Positions 11,012 through 26,668 of a stretch of DNA of 64,000 bases are shown here, piece by piece (the first letter of the stretch is position 1; each line of letters starts with the position of its first letter). Where the stretch lies: the NCBI RefSeq assembly GCF_009914755.1, contig NC_060938.1; one strand, written 5' to 3'. The translations under genes and the position numbers were made by a program. The notes under the pieces are model-generated. The model worked only from the letters and a program-made list of their open reading frames with translations, was not told the origin of the DNA and did not search any database. The DNA is from the human T2T-CHM13v2.0 reference genome, Homo sapiens.

Positions 11012-13482
11012 GAGGTACAGGAGGAAAAACAGCATTTATAATGGTGATGTTGAATTGACTGATACTATCTGTGCACTAGGGATCCCCATGGCAATGGGGC
11101 AAAAATGCTATCATGATAGCTTATCTATCCAGAATTTAGTGAGTTGTCCAATGGTCAGAGAAATTCTAAGAAATCTGTCTTTAAATGGGATTAAGCTGTT
11201 GAATTCATATGTTGTTTTGCCAAATACAGTGCTACTTTTTTCTCTTGCTTTTGAAGTTCCTATAGGGAGTAGAGGCTAGGAACACAAGCAATGCTATCCC
11301 AAATTCCTATTTATGGCTTTGTCCTCACTAGCTATATAATTTTGGTGACGTTATTTAAATTTCAAAGACTCAGCTTGGTCACCTGTGAAATGGGAATTTA
11401 TGTTGCTCAAATGAAAATGCAGGCAGGAAAGATCTTTCTGAATTACAGGGTTTCTAACAGTGGCAGAACAGGTGTGGGGTCCAAGAGACACTGTCTTAAG
11501 TAAAAGCTTCTCTTTCCCCTTCTCAGCTATGAGATGCTCATTCTCTTTGGCTCTCAATTTCTTTATGAACAATAGGGATAATAACACTATGCAAGATTTT
11601 TGAAAAAAAATTAATGAGATGATCACATTGGTAGAGTGTTTGGGGGAAGAGCTAGAAAGTCCTTGAGATTCAGTTGATAAGTAGCCTTTCTTTACTCTCT
11701 TGCTAATACATTTTATCACAAAGGGTTCAAGAGACCTTTGAGTATTCAAAAATGCAGACAGACATTTGCATGCCCCTTCCCCTGACCCCCATTCGATCAG
11801 GGTTGAAAATCATGTTGAGTTTTCTGAATATTTCATAACTTCAATGGCCATTGGAGTCTCACCAACACAAAGAAAAGATAAAATTACATGGAGATACAGC
11901 AGACTTTTTAACTGGACTAGGACTTGTTGCAAATGTGGTTGCTCTGGTCCTAATCTTTGTGACTCCTGGTCTCTTTTCCTCACCTGCAGGGCATTTTCTG
12001 GGACTGGTCCTGCTTCCCTGAAACTGTCCACTTCTCATGCATGCACAAGTCCTCCTGCACTGCTCTACTACATGCCTGCTCTGGCAGCAGACTCAATGTC
12101 CTTCCCACCCTGGCTGACCTTTGCCAGCCCAGTCTCTCTTATCCACTCTGTGGCCTTAGACAAAGCATCTCTGACTATGCACCTTAGATTCTATCCATGT
12201 AAATGAGAAGACTGTGCTAGATCATCTCTAGGAGTATTCTAGAACTAAGGGGACCAATGCATACTAAAGACTTTTTGTTATTTCCTAGGCCAATGAGGTA
12301 TAACTCTAACTGATGGCTGCATTCTTTTCCAACAGGCCTGGAAATGCCTCCAAGTCTCTTTCCACATTGTGGTCCAGCTTGTTGGCATCAATCACAGGTG
12401 GGATGCAGTCTTTTTGCCATGCATAGACCATGAGATGCTGGAGAACAGGGATTCTTTTTTCTACTTCTTTGAAACCTCAGCTCTGAGCACCATGCTTAAT
12501 ATAAGCTGATGCTTAATGGGCGCAGACTGAATGAATAGCTTGCAACAATCAAAGCCCTTGCTGATACATATTTGAAGCCAGTCGAAAGTGACACCAGTCA
12601 TATGAGAAGGAACACTGAGCACTCCCCTATTTTTGAGAAAGAAGCTGCTTTTCCATGTCTTGAGGTGGTGTAAGTTGGGCAGAGGAGAGACCATTCTCCA
12701 AAGAGAAGAGGCTTCATTAAGGGCAAGAACAGTTCCTGCCTAGTTGGCTTATTTTCAGAAAGCAAAGAGCAGTTACTGTAAGGAAGCTGGCTGTCTGGGC
12801 CGGCAGCTTTATCAATGAATAATTTCCTGAAAGGAAGAGAATCTGTGGAGACCTTACATTATATTTGATCTCAGTGCACGTACACAGTATGCAGGACTAT
12901 CTTTGATTCGAGGGAGGTGAGATAATTGTTTCCCAAACAGACTCTCCGGCTGGAGAGCGTGCTCCCTCCCATTCTGTTGACCCATACACCAGAAGCCCCA
13001 CGTCTGCCCCAGACAATTATCCTGTTTTGCTAGGGAACAAATTGCTCTTTTGGGGTAATTCTGAGCAAGTTTGCCAAGTTCACAACCATCCCAGGGGAGC
13101 CTCAGGGGGAAAAGCACTCTCCAAATCCCCTCTCTGGCCCTTCCAAAGGAAAGCAGTTCATTTTTTAAAGAATTCCAATGAAAGCAGCTCATTCTGAATG
13201 ATCCATCCCACCTTCAGAGAGGCCTCCTGGGCAATTTGTTGGTTCCTCGTGTTTGTCTGATACTAGGGAGCCAATTTCCCATGCAACTCATTATGCATGC
13301 AATTAAGTAATTGTGGATGGAAATGAAAAAAAAAAAAAGAGGACAATGCCAAAAAAAGAAGTTGCATACATTTAACTTTCAAAAGGGAGACTCCAGGATG
13401 CAGGAGCTGAACCCCACTTGGAATTTATTCTCGCAAATCACTGAATAAAATCAGAAGCTTGGAAAGAGTAAAATGTCAGTCT

Positions 13483-13850
13483 GGTATAATGTAGTAGCTA
13501 AGAATATGCACCCCAAAGCCATACTGCCTGGGTCCAAAGCCTGGGTCTGTCATTTATTAGCTGTTTGACCTTGAGCAGGTTACTTAAGCCTTCTGTGCCT
13601 CCTGTCTACAAATGATAAAATCAGATTAATAATATTTATATCATATGGTTGGTTGTCAAGGTTTAAATGAATAGCATATGTGTATAAGGGGTATGGGTAT
13701 GCATGTATATACCTACCTGCCACCTATCTATTATCTGCCATCTATCTACCTATCAATCTCTCCATCCACCGCTGTCAGTCTAGGATCTATCTATCCACAG
13801 CTTAGAACAGTGCCAAGTACTATACCATTGTTAGCTTTTATCGTTGTTTA
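13483..13850 (+). mobile_element. MIR interrupted by degenerate (CTAT)n-like low complexity
   Basis: 'tagctgtttgaccttgagcaggttacttaagccttctgtgcctc' core and 'cttagaacagtgcc' 3' part. Confidence 0.7.
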
Positions 13851-15419
13851 ACTGATGATGTTTTAAGCAAGTTATGAGCAATCACTTTGCAGGGGAGTTA
13901 ACATATTTATCATTGCTAGTGGTTCTTTTCTTCTGACCTTATCTCTTTAGTATTAGAAAATCAACTGAACAGGAGTGGGTAAAGAAATATAAAGTGCATA
14001 GTTTAGGAGATAAAAAGTAAATGGCTTCTGGTTCTGGCAGTGAAAGTGTCAAAGCCATAGCACCCCCGGACTCTCCAGAGGACCAGTGTTGTTTACAGTA
14101 TATGTTTAAAATAATATTCCTGCTTAGCTGGGCCTCCCCTTGGGACAATGTAATCTCAACAGTAACAGAGGATTAATTAAAACTGGTCTCACTGGTGAGG
14201 CTGGCGATTCGGGATGGAGCAGAGGGGTACAACCCTCACTGCCCCCTCTCCACACAGGGAAGGGACCAGGCCTACTGAAAATAATTAGTGTGGCTCAAGG
14301 GCAGGCTGACACTTTTGTCTCATTTGTATGATTTTGATTAATACTTTAATTTCACTTCCTTTGAATGCAGGAGAGGTAAGAAATGAGTAAGGAAGATAAA
14401 GCCTCCCAAAGCCAAAATCAATAAAGAATGAATCTCTTCCCAGTCCAGTCAGGCAGGGCTACCATTTTTCACACCTGGTAGGGACCTCTGGATTTATGCC
14501 TGTGCTGCGGAAGATGGGATACAGCAAGAGAAGACACAGAGACATGCCCTGGGGACAGAGAGGCAGCTGGCTTAGAGACAGTGGCTGCAGGAGGAATAGG
14601 ATAGGCTCCTTTAAGCTGCGGAAAACATTATGAGCTGCCCTCTGTCCCTCTGTCCCTCTGTCCTTTGGTCAAGCTCAACCTCTGTAGCTCCTTTGGTATT
14701 TAAAATTGCAATGTCTTGGGCATCAGCCTTTTCCCCTTCTAGCCATCCTATACTGGCTCAAGGAGGAACTACAGTGGCTCAAGGAGTGAATGTGATCACC
14801 TCACTCTCCAGGTTCTAATACTCCAAGAATGGACTTCCTGGCCTCCATGACCTTGTCTGGAAATTATGGGAAAAAGTGTGGAGAGACAGTCCAGAGTTCC
14901 CTTGTCCAGAAGAGCTTCCACTGCCCTAGGAGGTCTCTATCCCTTTTATAAAAAAGCCCAAGTTCCTCAGCATAACATGCAAAGCTTTCCATGATCACAC
15001 CTCCCTCTGCCTCAGTGGTCCTCTCCTATCCTCCCTTCCTGAGAAGATGGGGGTTGTCATAAGTTGCACCACAACCTGCTTCTAGAGTGCTCTGCTAAAG
15101 CCCAGGACTGTCCCTCTCTGTGTGGAAGCACCCTGCTCAGACCCAAATCCAGCTTTCCCTCATAGCCTCCAGTCCTGCTGAGTCTTCCCCAGCCTGTGCC
15201 CTCCTCCAGATACTCCCCAGCACGTGATAGTGAGCTTCTTCAAGGCAAGTACACTGTCTTGCCCAGATCTGTATTTTCACTTGGGACTAGAGTCTGGCAA
15301 GGTATTGGACTGAACTCAAGAATGAGCAGTGTGACCTTGGGCAGGATCTTTAGTCCATGGCTCTGAGCTTCAACATGGTAAGAATCAAATAAAGTATGTT
15401 AAAAAAGGAGAAATGCTCT

Positions 15420-15675
15420 AGAGCTGCAGTGTTTACTAAGATAGCCACTAGCTACATGAGGACATTTAAATTTAAATGAATTAAAAGTAAATAAATGTAA
15501 ACATTAACTTTCTCAACCACAGTAGCCTCTGCTTCTCAGGTGCTGGGTACCACATGTGGCTGGTGGCTAATATACCCTGCTGTCTATGGTGTATTGTATA
15601 GCTAATGTACTTGGGTTGCATAGAACATTGCATTGGGCTTTTCCATTCTGGCAGAGAGCTCGGTGGACAGCCCTG
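15420..15675. mobile_element. MER3-like hAT-Charlie MITE
   Basis: 'tagccactagctacatg', 'ccacatgtggctggtggcta', terminal 'ggacagccctg' followed by ctctag. Confidence 0.7.
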
Positions 15676-16418
15676 CTCTAGGAAGTCTCCAGATGGCTCC
15701 ACTGCTAACTTTCTGTAGTTATGGAAATCTGTAATTCCAGGGCTGTTTGTTCTCTATCCTGCTGATCCCAGGCCTTCCTTCCAAAGTCACTGGGATTATA
15801 GGGACACCAGTTCTCCATTTGCAAGTGTGTTTCTCCCATGCATGGATTTGTTGGTTCATTGGCACATTCACCAGGGGAGAAGGCAGAAAATGGACAAGAT
15901 CTTACCCCCTTCCTTTGGGAAATTCAAGCACCTCCCCATGCTGTGCTAGTGTGCTAGGGGTCATTGGATGGGAGAAGTGGGGACTCCCAAGTTCTGTGTG
16001 GTGTAGGCACATCCAAGCATGGGTGCCCCACTGAATTAAACACACCTCCTAGTCAAACTTCCCAGCCTTAAAAGTGAGGGCTTGGAAATTTTCAGGGACA
16101 GAAAATTTCAGGGAAGGAGGGTACTCCTGAAAGAAAAGTTAAGGAATTTTTGAAACCAAATCAAGGTAGGGCTTTGGCAAGTTGAAAGAGTGTTTTCCAA
16201 GCACAAAGGGCAGTGGGGGGTTCTGGTCAAGGAGCTAAATATCCTCCTGTCAATGCCAGGCTGCCCCCAACTCACCCTATACTTTAGGCTGCCACATTCT
16301 AGTGTTCTGGGCTAAAATGTCCCCCTTCTTTCACTAGAAGGATCAGCAAAATATCTGGGATCACCCAAGTTGTGAGCCTAAGGTTGTTGGCCTGTTTCCT
16401 TGCGGCAGCTCTTAGAAT

Positions 16419-16485
16419 GGTGCAGTCAGGAAATTCACAGACACAGGTGCGGTCAGGAAATTCATAGTTTAGCGGATGCAGTCAG
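16419..16485 (+). repeat. Short degenerate tandem repeat (~27-bp unit, 2.5 copies)
   Basis: ggtgc(a/g)gtcaggaaattca at 16419 and 16446; partial third copy at 16474. Confidence 0.8.
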
Positions 16486-16785
16486 CTCCTTAAAGCACCT
16501 CATGAAGCAACAACTCAACATCGGACCCATACCCACCACTCAAGCCCTTTCTGGGTGACATAAGGGAATGGAGATCATTGCAATCCAAAACCCATGGAGC
16601 AAAGGAGCCAGACATTTGGAAATATCCTGAACTCATTCCAGTGCTTGTTGCTGGTCTCTTTCCCACCTATCCACAGTGCTTGGGTGATGGAGGCCCAGCC
16701 AATTAGAAATGGATGAATAATAGCCCACAGCATTGCGGTTTGCATAGGTGTCATGCTGACACATCTCTTCCCAGACATCATCTCA

Positions 16786-17106
16786 TTTTGATATTCTCAT
16801 CAACATCTCCAGGTAGGCAAGGTGGAAATTGTTAGTGTGGCTGCATGACAGATGCAGAAGTTAGCACCATGCCAAGCTTGCTCAACAAAAGAGGCAAAGC
16901 TAGGCTTCCACTCAGGGCCTGTAGCACATGCTAGTCTCACTGGGCAGCACTGCTTTGGAATGGCCACCTTTGGGGGCTGGGGGCAAGATGAGTGCAGAAA
17001 TCAAGAATTACTTCTGTAAAGCCACATGCCATTCCAGAGAATGCCTGGGCTGGAGCATCTGTTTACCACTGTCAACATATAGAAATGGACAACACAGACG
17101 TGTTGA
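16786..17106 (+). repeat. Dispersed local duplication, copy 1 (partner 25168-25488)
   Basis: Gap-free alignment at offset 8382; about 30 mismatches in ~316 bp by hand count. Confidence 0.97.
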
Positions 17107-18414
17107 AAAAATCGGAAGATAAAACCAGTGTCTTTCCATTTTTATGTGAAGCAAGAACTTGGTCAAATTTACCTCCTGTGGACTCAAATTCCTCCTTTGC
17201 AGTTGGAGGAGAAGAATCCTCTCCCCACAGGCTTTTTTGAGAACAAAAGCAATGTACTGAAGCACGTAGCAAAGAGTAGATGCTCAATCAACATCCTTTT
17301 TCTCTTGTTACTTTTTCCTTTTCTTATGCAGGCTTGCAGGGTGAGGCTAGAAAGAGGCAGATGGATGAACAAAGCTACTTGTTCTTGGTCATGGTGTAAG
17401 GATTGGAATGCCAATGCTTTCAAGAGGTGCAAGACTAGCTCTTCTCAGACTCTGCCAGCCAGCACAACATTCTGCAGGCAGGAGGGAGGCACATGGGCTT
17501 GGCCTGTGAAAACCTACCTGTGCCAATGCTCAGGGCCTCAACAGAGGTCCCAGAACCTTAGCTTTGAGCTTTCTCATGGGCCTCACTACTGTCTCTAGGA
17601 AGACTGCTCCATTCATCTCATGCTCTCCAACTGCCTCTTCAGCCTATGCCTCCTTTCTTGCACAGCCCTTCTACCAGGTTGGGGTGGAGGATGGTGGGTA
17701 CCTCTTTGCATCCTGGAGGAGAGAAGACAGGGCCTTGTTCCCCTTTGTTGTGGAGTGGGTGAGGCAGAGCTTTTGCATAATTTAGCAAGAACTACGTGAA
17801 CTCACTCTTCTTTGCTGGCAGCCCCGCTCACCTCTCTACCTGTGTTTCTGAAGGGCGGTGATTAATCTCAGAGATGGGATGAGCACAGAGCGCCAAGTGC
17901 CCCAGGATAGGGCAAGGCCTACATTGAGCCATGCCCAGCCTCTCCTACTAAAGGAAAAACAAGAGCTGCTGCCAAGAAAATCTACCCTCAGATGAACACC
18001 TCACTTCCTGTTATGTAGCTCTTTTATCTTCTAGAAAGAAGCCCAGTGGAAACTGGGAGGCATGGGTTCTATCCCCAGCTCCTCCTAACTTTGTGTGACC
18101 TCAGGCAAGGTACCCTCCCATCTCTGAGGCTCAGATAACTCAAGGGCAAATTAGGCATAATCTGATTCTTGAATTTGCACATGACCTATGGAAACTATTG
18201 GTGATTTCTCAAAATCTAAAGCAAGCTTGACACATGCTCTTAAATTTTAAAGACATTGCCATCCATTTTCACAACTACTTTTGTGGGACCAAATCCACAC
18301 ACTCATATGTTAACAAAGTCTGTGGTTTCAACATTGAAATAGGCAAAGTCCCTATTATGGCTCGTGTATTTCTGTTTTCTCATTGTTCTTCATCACCATC
18401 TCTTTCCTGCCAAT

Positions 18415-18640
18415 AAGAGTAATAGTAATTACTCTGTGTTGGGTTCTTTCAATGAGCCAAGCCCTGGCCAAGCGCTTTACCTGCCATCTTGCTTCATCCT
18501 CAGCAAATCTAAGAAGAGGATGTGAGGGCTGTTGGCCATTTATCAATGAGGGAACTGTGGTTCCGAGGAGAAAAAAAGCTACCCAAGCACACTCTCAGTA
18601 AATTTGGAGCCCAGAACTGTGAGGACTAAAAGGCCATAGT
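18415..18640 (-). mobile_element. MIR
   Basis: 'gccaagccctggccaagcgctttac...catcctcagcaaatc...ccatttatcaatgagggaactgtggttcc'. Confidence 0.6.
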
Positions 18641-19190
18641 TAGCTGCTGTGCCTTCTGGAACTCTCTTTTCCCTAGAGTGTCCAAGTCTAGGTCATCCTG
18701 GGTTGTTCCTCTGGTCAGCTGGGCTGAGTGCAGAACATTCCCAGCTCATAGCTGGACGTCCCAGCTCAAGGCTGAACAATGCCAGTCCTCTTCTCTGTGC
18801 CCATCTAGCATCTCATCTGGACACCAGCTCCTTACCAAGCTTCACACCATGGTGGGGTCTCTTGATGTCTGAGGCCATGAGTCCCCCAGCAGGAGCTGCT
18901 CCTGGGAGCTGCTTCAGATGGGGACCTGGGAAAGTCTCCCCCAAAGCCCTGGAAGGCACAGCAAAGACTGAAGAAAGGGAATAGGGAGAAGGACAAGGAA
19001 ACAGGAGGGAAGACATTTTACAACATATCTAAATGCAAGCATGAGCAACTCCATTTTAAGATGAGACACAAATGCATCCCAGAAGACACATTTATCCTGA
19101 GTTTTGGAATATAATGCCAACACAGAAGCAAACTAAGAGCCAACACTTGAAGCTGGTGTCCTTAGTCTAGACAATTGTTTGGTCAATGGG

Positions 19191-19517
<327 letters not shown>

Positions 19518-20020
19518 AATGAGCTTATTAAAAACAATCCTTGTATCTGAGTGTATTATCCAAAAAATGATTTAACTACTATATCCATCTCCTGGCAAAT
19601 GCCAGGAGACTCACAGTATTCCTTAAAGGGCAGAGGGAGTGAATTGTCTATATGCAAATAAATAAGATTATAAAGATTGTGCTCAGTATTACCTTATATT
19701 CTTAAAAATTGCAAAGGTCTTTTTGTAGTATAAGAAAACAGGATGTATGTCAAAGACAGGGCATAAAATCAGACTCTTTTTCAAGCTGGACTTTCATGGC
19801 TGAGGTTCCAGGGTGGATGGACAGATGCACTGGACATAGACAGACCTGCCTTCAAAGTTTTACTCTCCTGCTTCCTAACACTGAGTCTCCTGAAAAGTCC
19901 CTTAAACTTGTCCAAGTTTCCCTATTTATAATACAAATCACTTTGAGGAATTCTTGAATTTTTATGAGGGTTCAATTGAATAATATATCTGAAGTGTCTG
20001 ACTCAGAATCTGAAATGTAG

Positions 20021-20333
<313 letters not shown>

Positions 20334-21377
20334 AATACAAGTCATTTTCAATCCCCACCTCTCCTTCCTCCACTTCTTCCTTCCTTCTGAGAGTCCAGCC
20401 TGCAAGGTCTAGAGAAGGCTCTAACCTCTGCTAGAATCCACAGGGGAGGGGACAAAAATGCAGTGGTGAGCAAACTCTATGCTGATTGTAAGGAACAGTG
20501 CCAGATAGAAGGAGTGCTGGGACCTCAAGGGAAGCTTAATTTCAGCCGGTGCGACTGCAGTCACCAGAAGCCACGTGTCTTCAGGATGTTCTGCACAGTG
20601 TGACTAGGGCTGTGCCCCGCCTGACTCTTCAAGCTCCAACTCCAAAGGCCTGGCTTGTGCCATCTTCCCTAAGCTGGAACCAAACTCCCATGGCCTTGGA
20701 CTCCTTGGACTCCACATGCAGCCACCATCCAGCTGGCCTCCACTCTGTCACTTGGTATTTCTGGCATTTCTATTTTATAAAAGCCTGTGAGCTGGCAGGG
20801 AGGGGACTATCTCATGCACCCTCCGTCCTAGCACCGGACACAGCACTGGCTTGTTATTGCCATGTGGGTGGAAGCACAAACCACCTGGGCGACAGTGCCA
20901 TGATTCAGCCACTTTTCTCCTTCCAGGAGGTCCAAAGTCATATGCTGTGTCTTCACGGAGACAGATGAGTCATCAGAGACCTAACATTAAGCTCTGATAT
21001 GGCCTAAGAGTTGCCGCAGCTCATTGGCAAAGTTGGCCACTAACAAGCCTGCAGCCACTGTCTCCATCACCCATGCACTGCCCAGTACTGGGTAACAGTC
21101 ATTGAGTGAGACAATCACACAGAAATGAGGGTCTAGCTAGGGAGGGCAGGGATGCTAGGCATTAAATAAACACACAGACACACACCGACACACACACACA
21201 CACACATTTACATTAAAGTCCAAAATCAGTGTGTCCGTCTCTAGGACTAAGAGGAGAGAGAAGGTACATTTAGAAATAGGTGTGAACGGGTGTGTTTCAG
21301 CCATATTGCAGCAATGGGCTTGGGGTAAAGATCCCTGGAAGGCTACTGCACCTGGAAGTCTATATCATTGAATTCAG

Positions 21378-21672
21378 GGCTGGGTGCTGTGGCTCACACC
21401 TGTAATCCCAGCACTTTGGGAGGCCGAGGTGGCTGGATCACCTGAGGTCAGGAGTTCGAGACCAGCCTGGCCAACATGGTGAAACCCTGTCTCTACTAAA
21501 AATAAAAAAATTAGCTGGGCATGTTGGCATGCACCTGTAATCCCAGCTACTCCAGAGGCTGAGGCAGAAGAATTGCTTGAACCCAGGAGACGAATGTTGC
21601 TGTAAGCCAAGGTCGTGCCATCACACTCCAGCCTGAGCAACAATAGTGAAACTCTGTCTCAAAGGAGAAAAA
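21378..21672 (+). mobile_element. AluSx-like
   Basis: 'ggatcacctgaggtcaggagttcgagaccagcctggccaacatgg'; TSD aattcag at 21371-21377 and 21673-21679. Confidence 0.96.
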
Positions 21673-22114
21673 AATTCAGCCACAGAATTTTCATAGAGGG
21701 AGACTTTTGGTCTTACATGAATTCATCCCTACACGGAAGGAGAGTAGGGAGGTCAGGAGAGGAGATCCCACCCATCAGCCCACCAGAGGCCATGCTGCTC
21801 AGCTCTGGCGTCTACTATTCTGAGTACAGGAAATGTTGAGTCAAAAATTTTAGCAGATATTTTTATTTTTCTCTCACACTGGATTCTGGGAGCTTGAACT
21901 GCCAGGACGTCAGAGAAGAGAAAGTGTCGGACACCCGAAATGACATGCAGACTTGCTAAAGCTCGTCTCACACACAGCTCTGCATCTATCTGTTTAGCCA
22001 GATTTCCTTATCTCAGGCTGAGTCAGAAATTAAAATATCTCTTAGGCTATGCTAAGAGAATGGGGTAGAGCAACCAAAGACTCTGGGGCAAACCAGATAA
22101 GGACCCTGGGGAGT

Positions 22115-22235
22115 CATTTGTGAAAAGTCACTTACCCTCCCTGAGCCTCAGTTTCTCATCTGTAAAATGGATTTGATAAAGTCAACCTCTTAGGTGATCA
22201 TGAGGACTAAATATGATGAAGTGCTTAAAAGCCCC
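22115..22235 (+). mobile_element. MIR core
   Basis: 'aagtcacttaccctccctgagcctcagtttctcatctgtaaaatgg'. Confidence 0.8.
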
Positions 22236-22971
22236 TATTTAATTTAGGTATTGAAAGCATCCTGGCAATTTGTATATATTTATAAATGGACCTAAACTTT
22301 CTACTTTTAATAGATTACCTTCCAAAATAAAGTCTGTGGGAATCAGTCTCTGAAATTAAACTCCCTTTCTCATTGGAACTTTTAAGACCAGGATTTCGTC
22401 ATTCATTCCCCCCCGTGCAGATGGAGAAGCAAGTCAGAGGTAAGCACGTGCCTCAGGCACATGTGGAATCATATTTAGAGTTGATGTGAACATTTTTGGC
22501 TCTCAGAGATGCCCCTAGAATCCCATGTAAAAAAAGCCTCTCGTTAACATAGAAAACTCATAAGCAAAGCTCTGAGTCAGCCAGGATATATCCTCAAGGT
22601 GGGCTCAAGTTCAACACACATGAAAGAGAAAGATATTTAGTTAGCTTTCTGAAATCCTTCTCATCTTAGGCCATTCTTCCACTGTAGAAGGCAACAAGAT
22701 GCCTTGAAAAGAAAGTGATGTTAACCAGACTTACCTTGACATCCCCTACTGAGACCTTTCAACCTATATGGCCTCAGGCACAAGAATTTACTCTACTGCA
22801 CCTTAGTTTTCTCATCTCTGAAATGGGAATAATGGTAAGTCTTCTTTTAAAAGCCAAATTGGATAAGGCTTGTGGAGTGCTTAATTAATGCCATACCCAT
22901 TTCCTGAGATGGCATTTTTTTCCCCAGGCCACGTGATTTAAACTCATAGCAGACCTCACTCTCTAGTGAAG

Positions 22972-23145
22972 CAGGACTTCTCAAGCTTTAATGTGCATAG
23001 AAACCACATTGATGGGGGAGGTGGGGGGCTTGTTTAAATGCATATTCTGATATAGCAGGTCTTGGGTAGATCCAAACATTCTACACATGTAGCAAGCTCT
23101 CAGGTAACATAGTTACTACTGGTCTAGGAATCTCACTTTGAGAAG
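22972..23145. mobile_element. MER5B-like MITE
   Basis: 'cttctcaagctttaatgtgcata', 'aaatgcatattctgat...caggtct', end 'cactttgagaag'. Confidence 0.65.
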
Positions 23146-23237
23146 AAAGTCTGTGGTGGACTCCAGGAATGAAGGAAGGTAGGACAAGTAAGTAAGGAGC
23201 TGTGGGTTTGGTTCATCTTCATCCTATACAAACTCCA

Positions 23238-23510
23238 TGTGTACACAGAAGTGCAGACACAAACATGCATGTTCACACAAGCACACCTAAATGCATGCTC
23301 AGGCACACACAGGCTCACACACATGTATGTGCACACAGCAGGCCCCCACCTACAGATACATATGCATATGTACACACCTCCCAAGTCCATGCTCATCTAC
23401 ATGCAGGCTCACAGTCACATGTGTGCATGCAAGCACAAACATGCACCTGCAGACACATACATGTGTGTCCACACAAGTGTGCCTATGGGCACACTTGCTT
23501 ATGCACAGAC
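23238..23510. repeat. Degenerate CA/CATG-rich low-complexity tract
   Basis: Mixed acac/catg units; source of His/Thr- and Cys/Val-rich spurious ORFs. Confidence 0.85.
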
Positions 23511-25124
23511 TCCCACCTACCCACCCTTCCTCTCAGTTAGGGGCTGTGCTTCAGCACAGAGTTTTCATGAATGGGCTCTACAGAGGAATTCCTACTTTCA
23601 CCCTAGATGGGTCTTACACTGATTCCATCCACATCTCTCTGTCCCACTTCCTTATTTTACCTGAAGTGGCAATGCTGAGCCTGTGACCCCCATGGCCAAT
23701 GTATTTGCTCTGAGAATAGACCAGCCAAGAAACAGACTTGCTGCTGGTGGAGAAGACCCATCCTCATTTTCCACACTTCTCCTCTGGCTGAAAATGAGAA
23801 GGACAGTGTTCCACAGTCTGCAACTGTAGCTCTTTTTCTCTCTGTCACAAGGCATCCCTGTTTATGGGCAGGGCTTCCCTTCTCTAGCCCTTCATTTTCA
23901 CCTCTGTAGTAATAATAGACATTATTATAATAGAAGTTGTAACTTATTGCACATTTATCACCATGATGAATACTTTACATGTTAATATGAGTTTTTTGAT
24001 TCCTGACCCCATCCTTGTGAGAAGGCAATATTCTTATTCCCATTTGCAAGTGAGGGAAGTGAGGCCCACAGACATTGGGGAAACCTTCCCAGGCTGACAG
24101 CTTGGAGCAATGCTGGGAAGAGGGAGTTCTGGTTCCGAACTTGCACACTGACCTATCACACTCGGGTCTCAGACTAGATGACAAGTGGCACGATCACCTC
24201 TCCCTCTCCCTCCTGACCCTTTCCTCCATGTCTATTTCTGCAGTGTCATGTCTTTCCTTCTTTGTTTCTCCTTTTCTTTGCCTTCATTTTTATTCTCGTC
24301 TTCTCCATTCTTCTCCTTACTTCTTTCTTGCCTTTTCTTTCATGATTCCTTGCTTGCTGCTGTCCTCCTGCTTCCATCCACTTTGTCCTGGATGTCCTAT
24401 GCCCGAGGAAAATGAACACCACCCTACTTAAAATGAATTTAGTGCTGAGAGCTCCACTGGCACGAGAACGGGAAGTCTGTAAAGTGGGGACATTTCTCAG
24501 TCTGTAAAATGACTGAGAACTTTCCAGGTGTCCACCAAGTTGACCCACTCAATCCTCAAGTGCTCAGAGGACACAGAACTTCACTGAATCTTACCTGCCA
24601 CCATTGTGTGGGATTTCTACCTAGCACTGGCTTTATGCTAATGGCATTATGTGACCTTTTTCCTCTGGGCCTCAAAACAGCCCTCATACGTAGATATGAC
24701 AATGTTCATCCCCTAGATGATGACCCTGAGTCTCAGGATGGGAGGAGATTGTACAAGGTGGTCCAGGGAAATGAGTCGGGGTGGAGCTGCCTGATTGACT
24801 CTGTTGCCTTACATTGTCTTTCATCTTTTAAAGGAGAAAAAAGGGAGCAAAAATAAGAAATTATTTAGAAAATTTTACTATGAGAAACATAGATGGTCAT
24901 AGTCAAGAAGGAGAACAAACACCTGTTTCAAAGATGAGGACCCTGAACTCTGAGAAGGGAAGGAGTTTGACCAGTACTTGGAGGACTCACCCAGGTTCCC
25001 GCCACCACCAGGGACCCTCGTCATCACTACACAAATCTATGACATCTTCTCCAATGTAATGCCATAGTAGGAAATGAGCTGCAAGCCAGTGTTCTTAGTT
25101 GACTATCTTTGACTATGTAACATG

Positions 25125-25165
25125 CACACACACACACACACACACACACGACACACACACACACA
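25125..25165. repeat. Interrupted (CA)n microsatellite
   Basis: Directly visible; abuts duplication copy 2. Confidence 0.95.
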
Positions 25166-25167
25166 AT

Positions 25168-25488
25168 TTTCGATATTCTCATCAACATCTTCAGGTAGGC
25201 AAGGTGGAAATTGTTAGTGTGGCTGCATGACAGATGCAGAAGTTAGCACCATGCCAAACTTGCTCAGCAAAAGAGGCGAAGCTGGGTCTCCACTCAGGGC
25301 CTGTAGCACATGCTAGTCTCACTGGACAGCACTACTTTGGAATGGCCACCTTTGGGGTCTGGGGGAAAGATGAGTGCATGAATTAAGAATTACTTCTGTA
25401 AAGCTGCAGGTCATTTCAGAGAGTATCTGGGCTGGAACATCCATTTACCATTGTCAACCTATAGACATGGACGACACAGAGGTGTTGA
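25168..25488 (+). repeat. Dispersed local duplication, copy 2 (partner 16786-17106)
   Basis: Gap-free alignment to 16786-17106. Confidence 0.97.
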
Positions 25489-25879
25489 CAGAATAGTTCG
25501 ACGTGTTAGCTTGATCTTACTTCATTGCACCCTTCGTGATGCTGCTATTTTAGTATGTCATCCTCTAGTTACCCAAAACTTCCCCAGTTATCTTACTATT
25601 GCAGAACCCAGGGTCTGGTTTCATAAAGATCTCCCCGCATTACTCACTGTAGAGAGATGAACAAACACAGAGTTTTTAGGGCACTGGTGTGACTTGGCTT
25701 CATGCCCCTGTCTTTTGTTATACCGTTATTAGCCAAGATACGTTTTTCAAGAACACAGTCAGGCATGTACACTGGGTCAAGGCATTGCTGCCAGAAGCCA
25801 GGCTCCTCCATGATGAAATGTTTATAAGGTGATAGCTCTGCACAGAGTCGCCTCCTTCAAATTCACTTAAGTAGTGATA

Positions 25880-26668
<789 letters not shown>

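Noticed and set aside
14371-14375. tgcag|GAGAG|gtaaga 5-nt microexon
   Set aside because: Not a multiple of three, no host gene evident; expected by chance.
22017-22581. Two AP-1/ARE-like sites (gctgagtca, tgagtcagc)
   Set aside because: Short motifs among MIR relics with no further support.
24494-24519. 9-bp inverted repeat ttctcagtc/gactgagaa
   Set aside because: Arms of this length are expected by chance in 64 kb.
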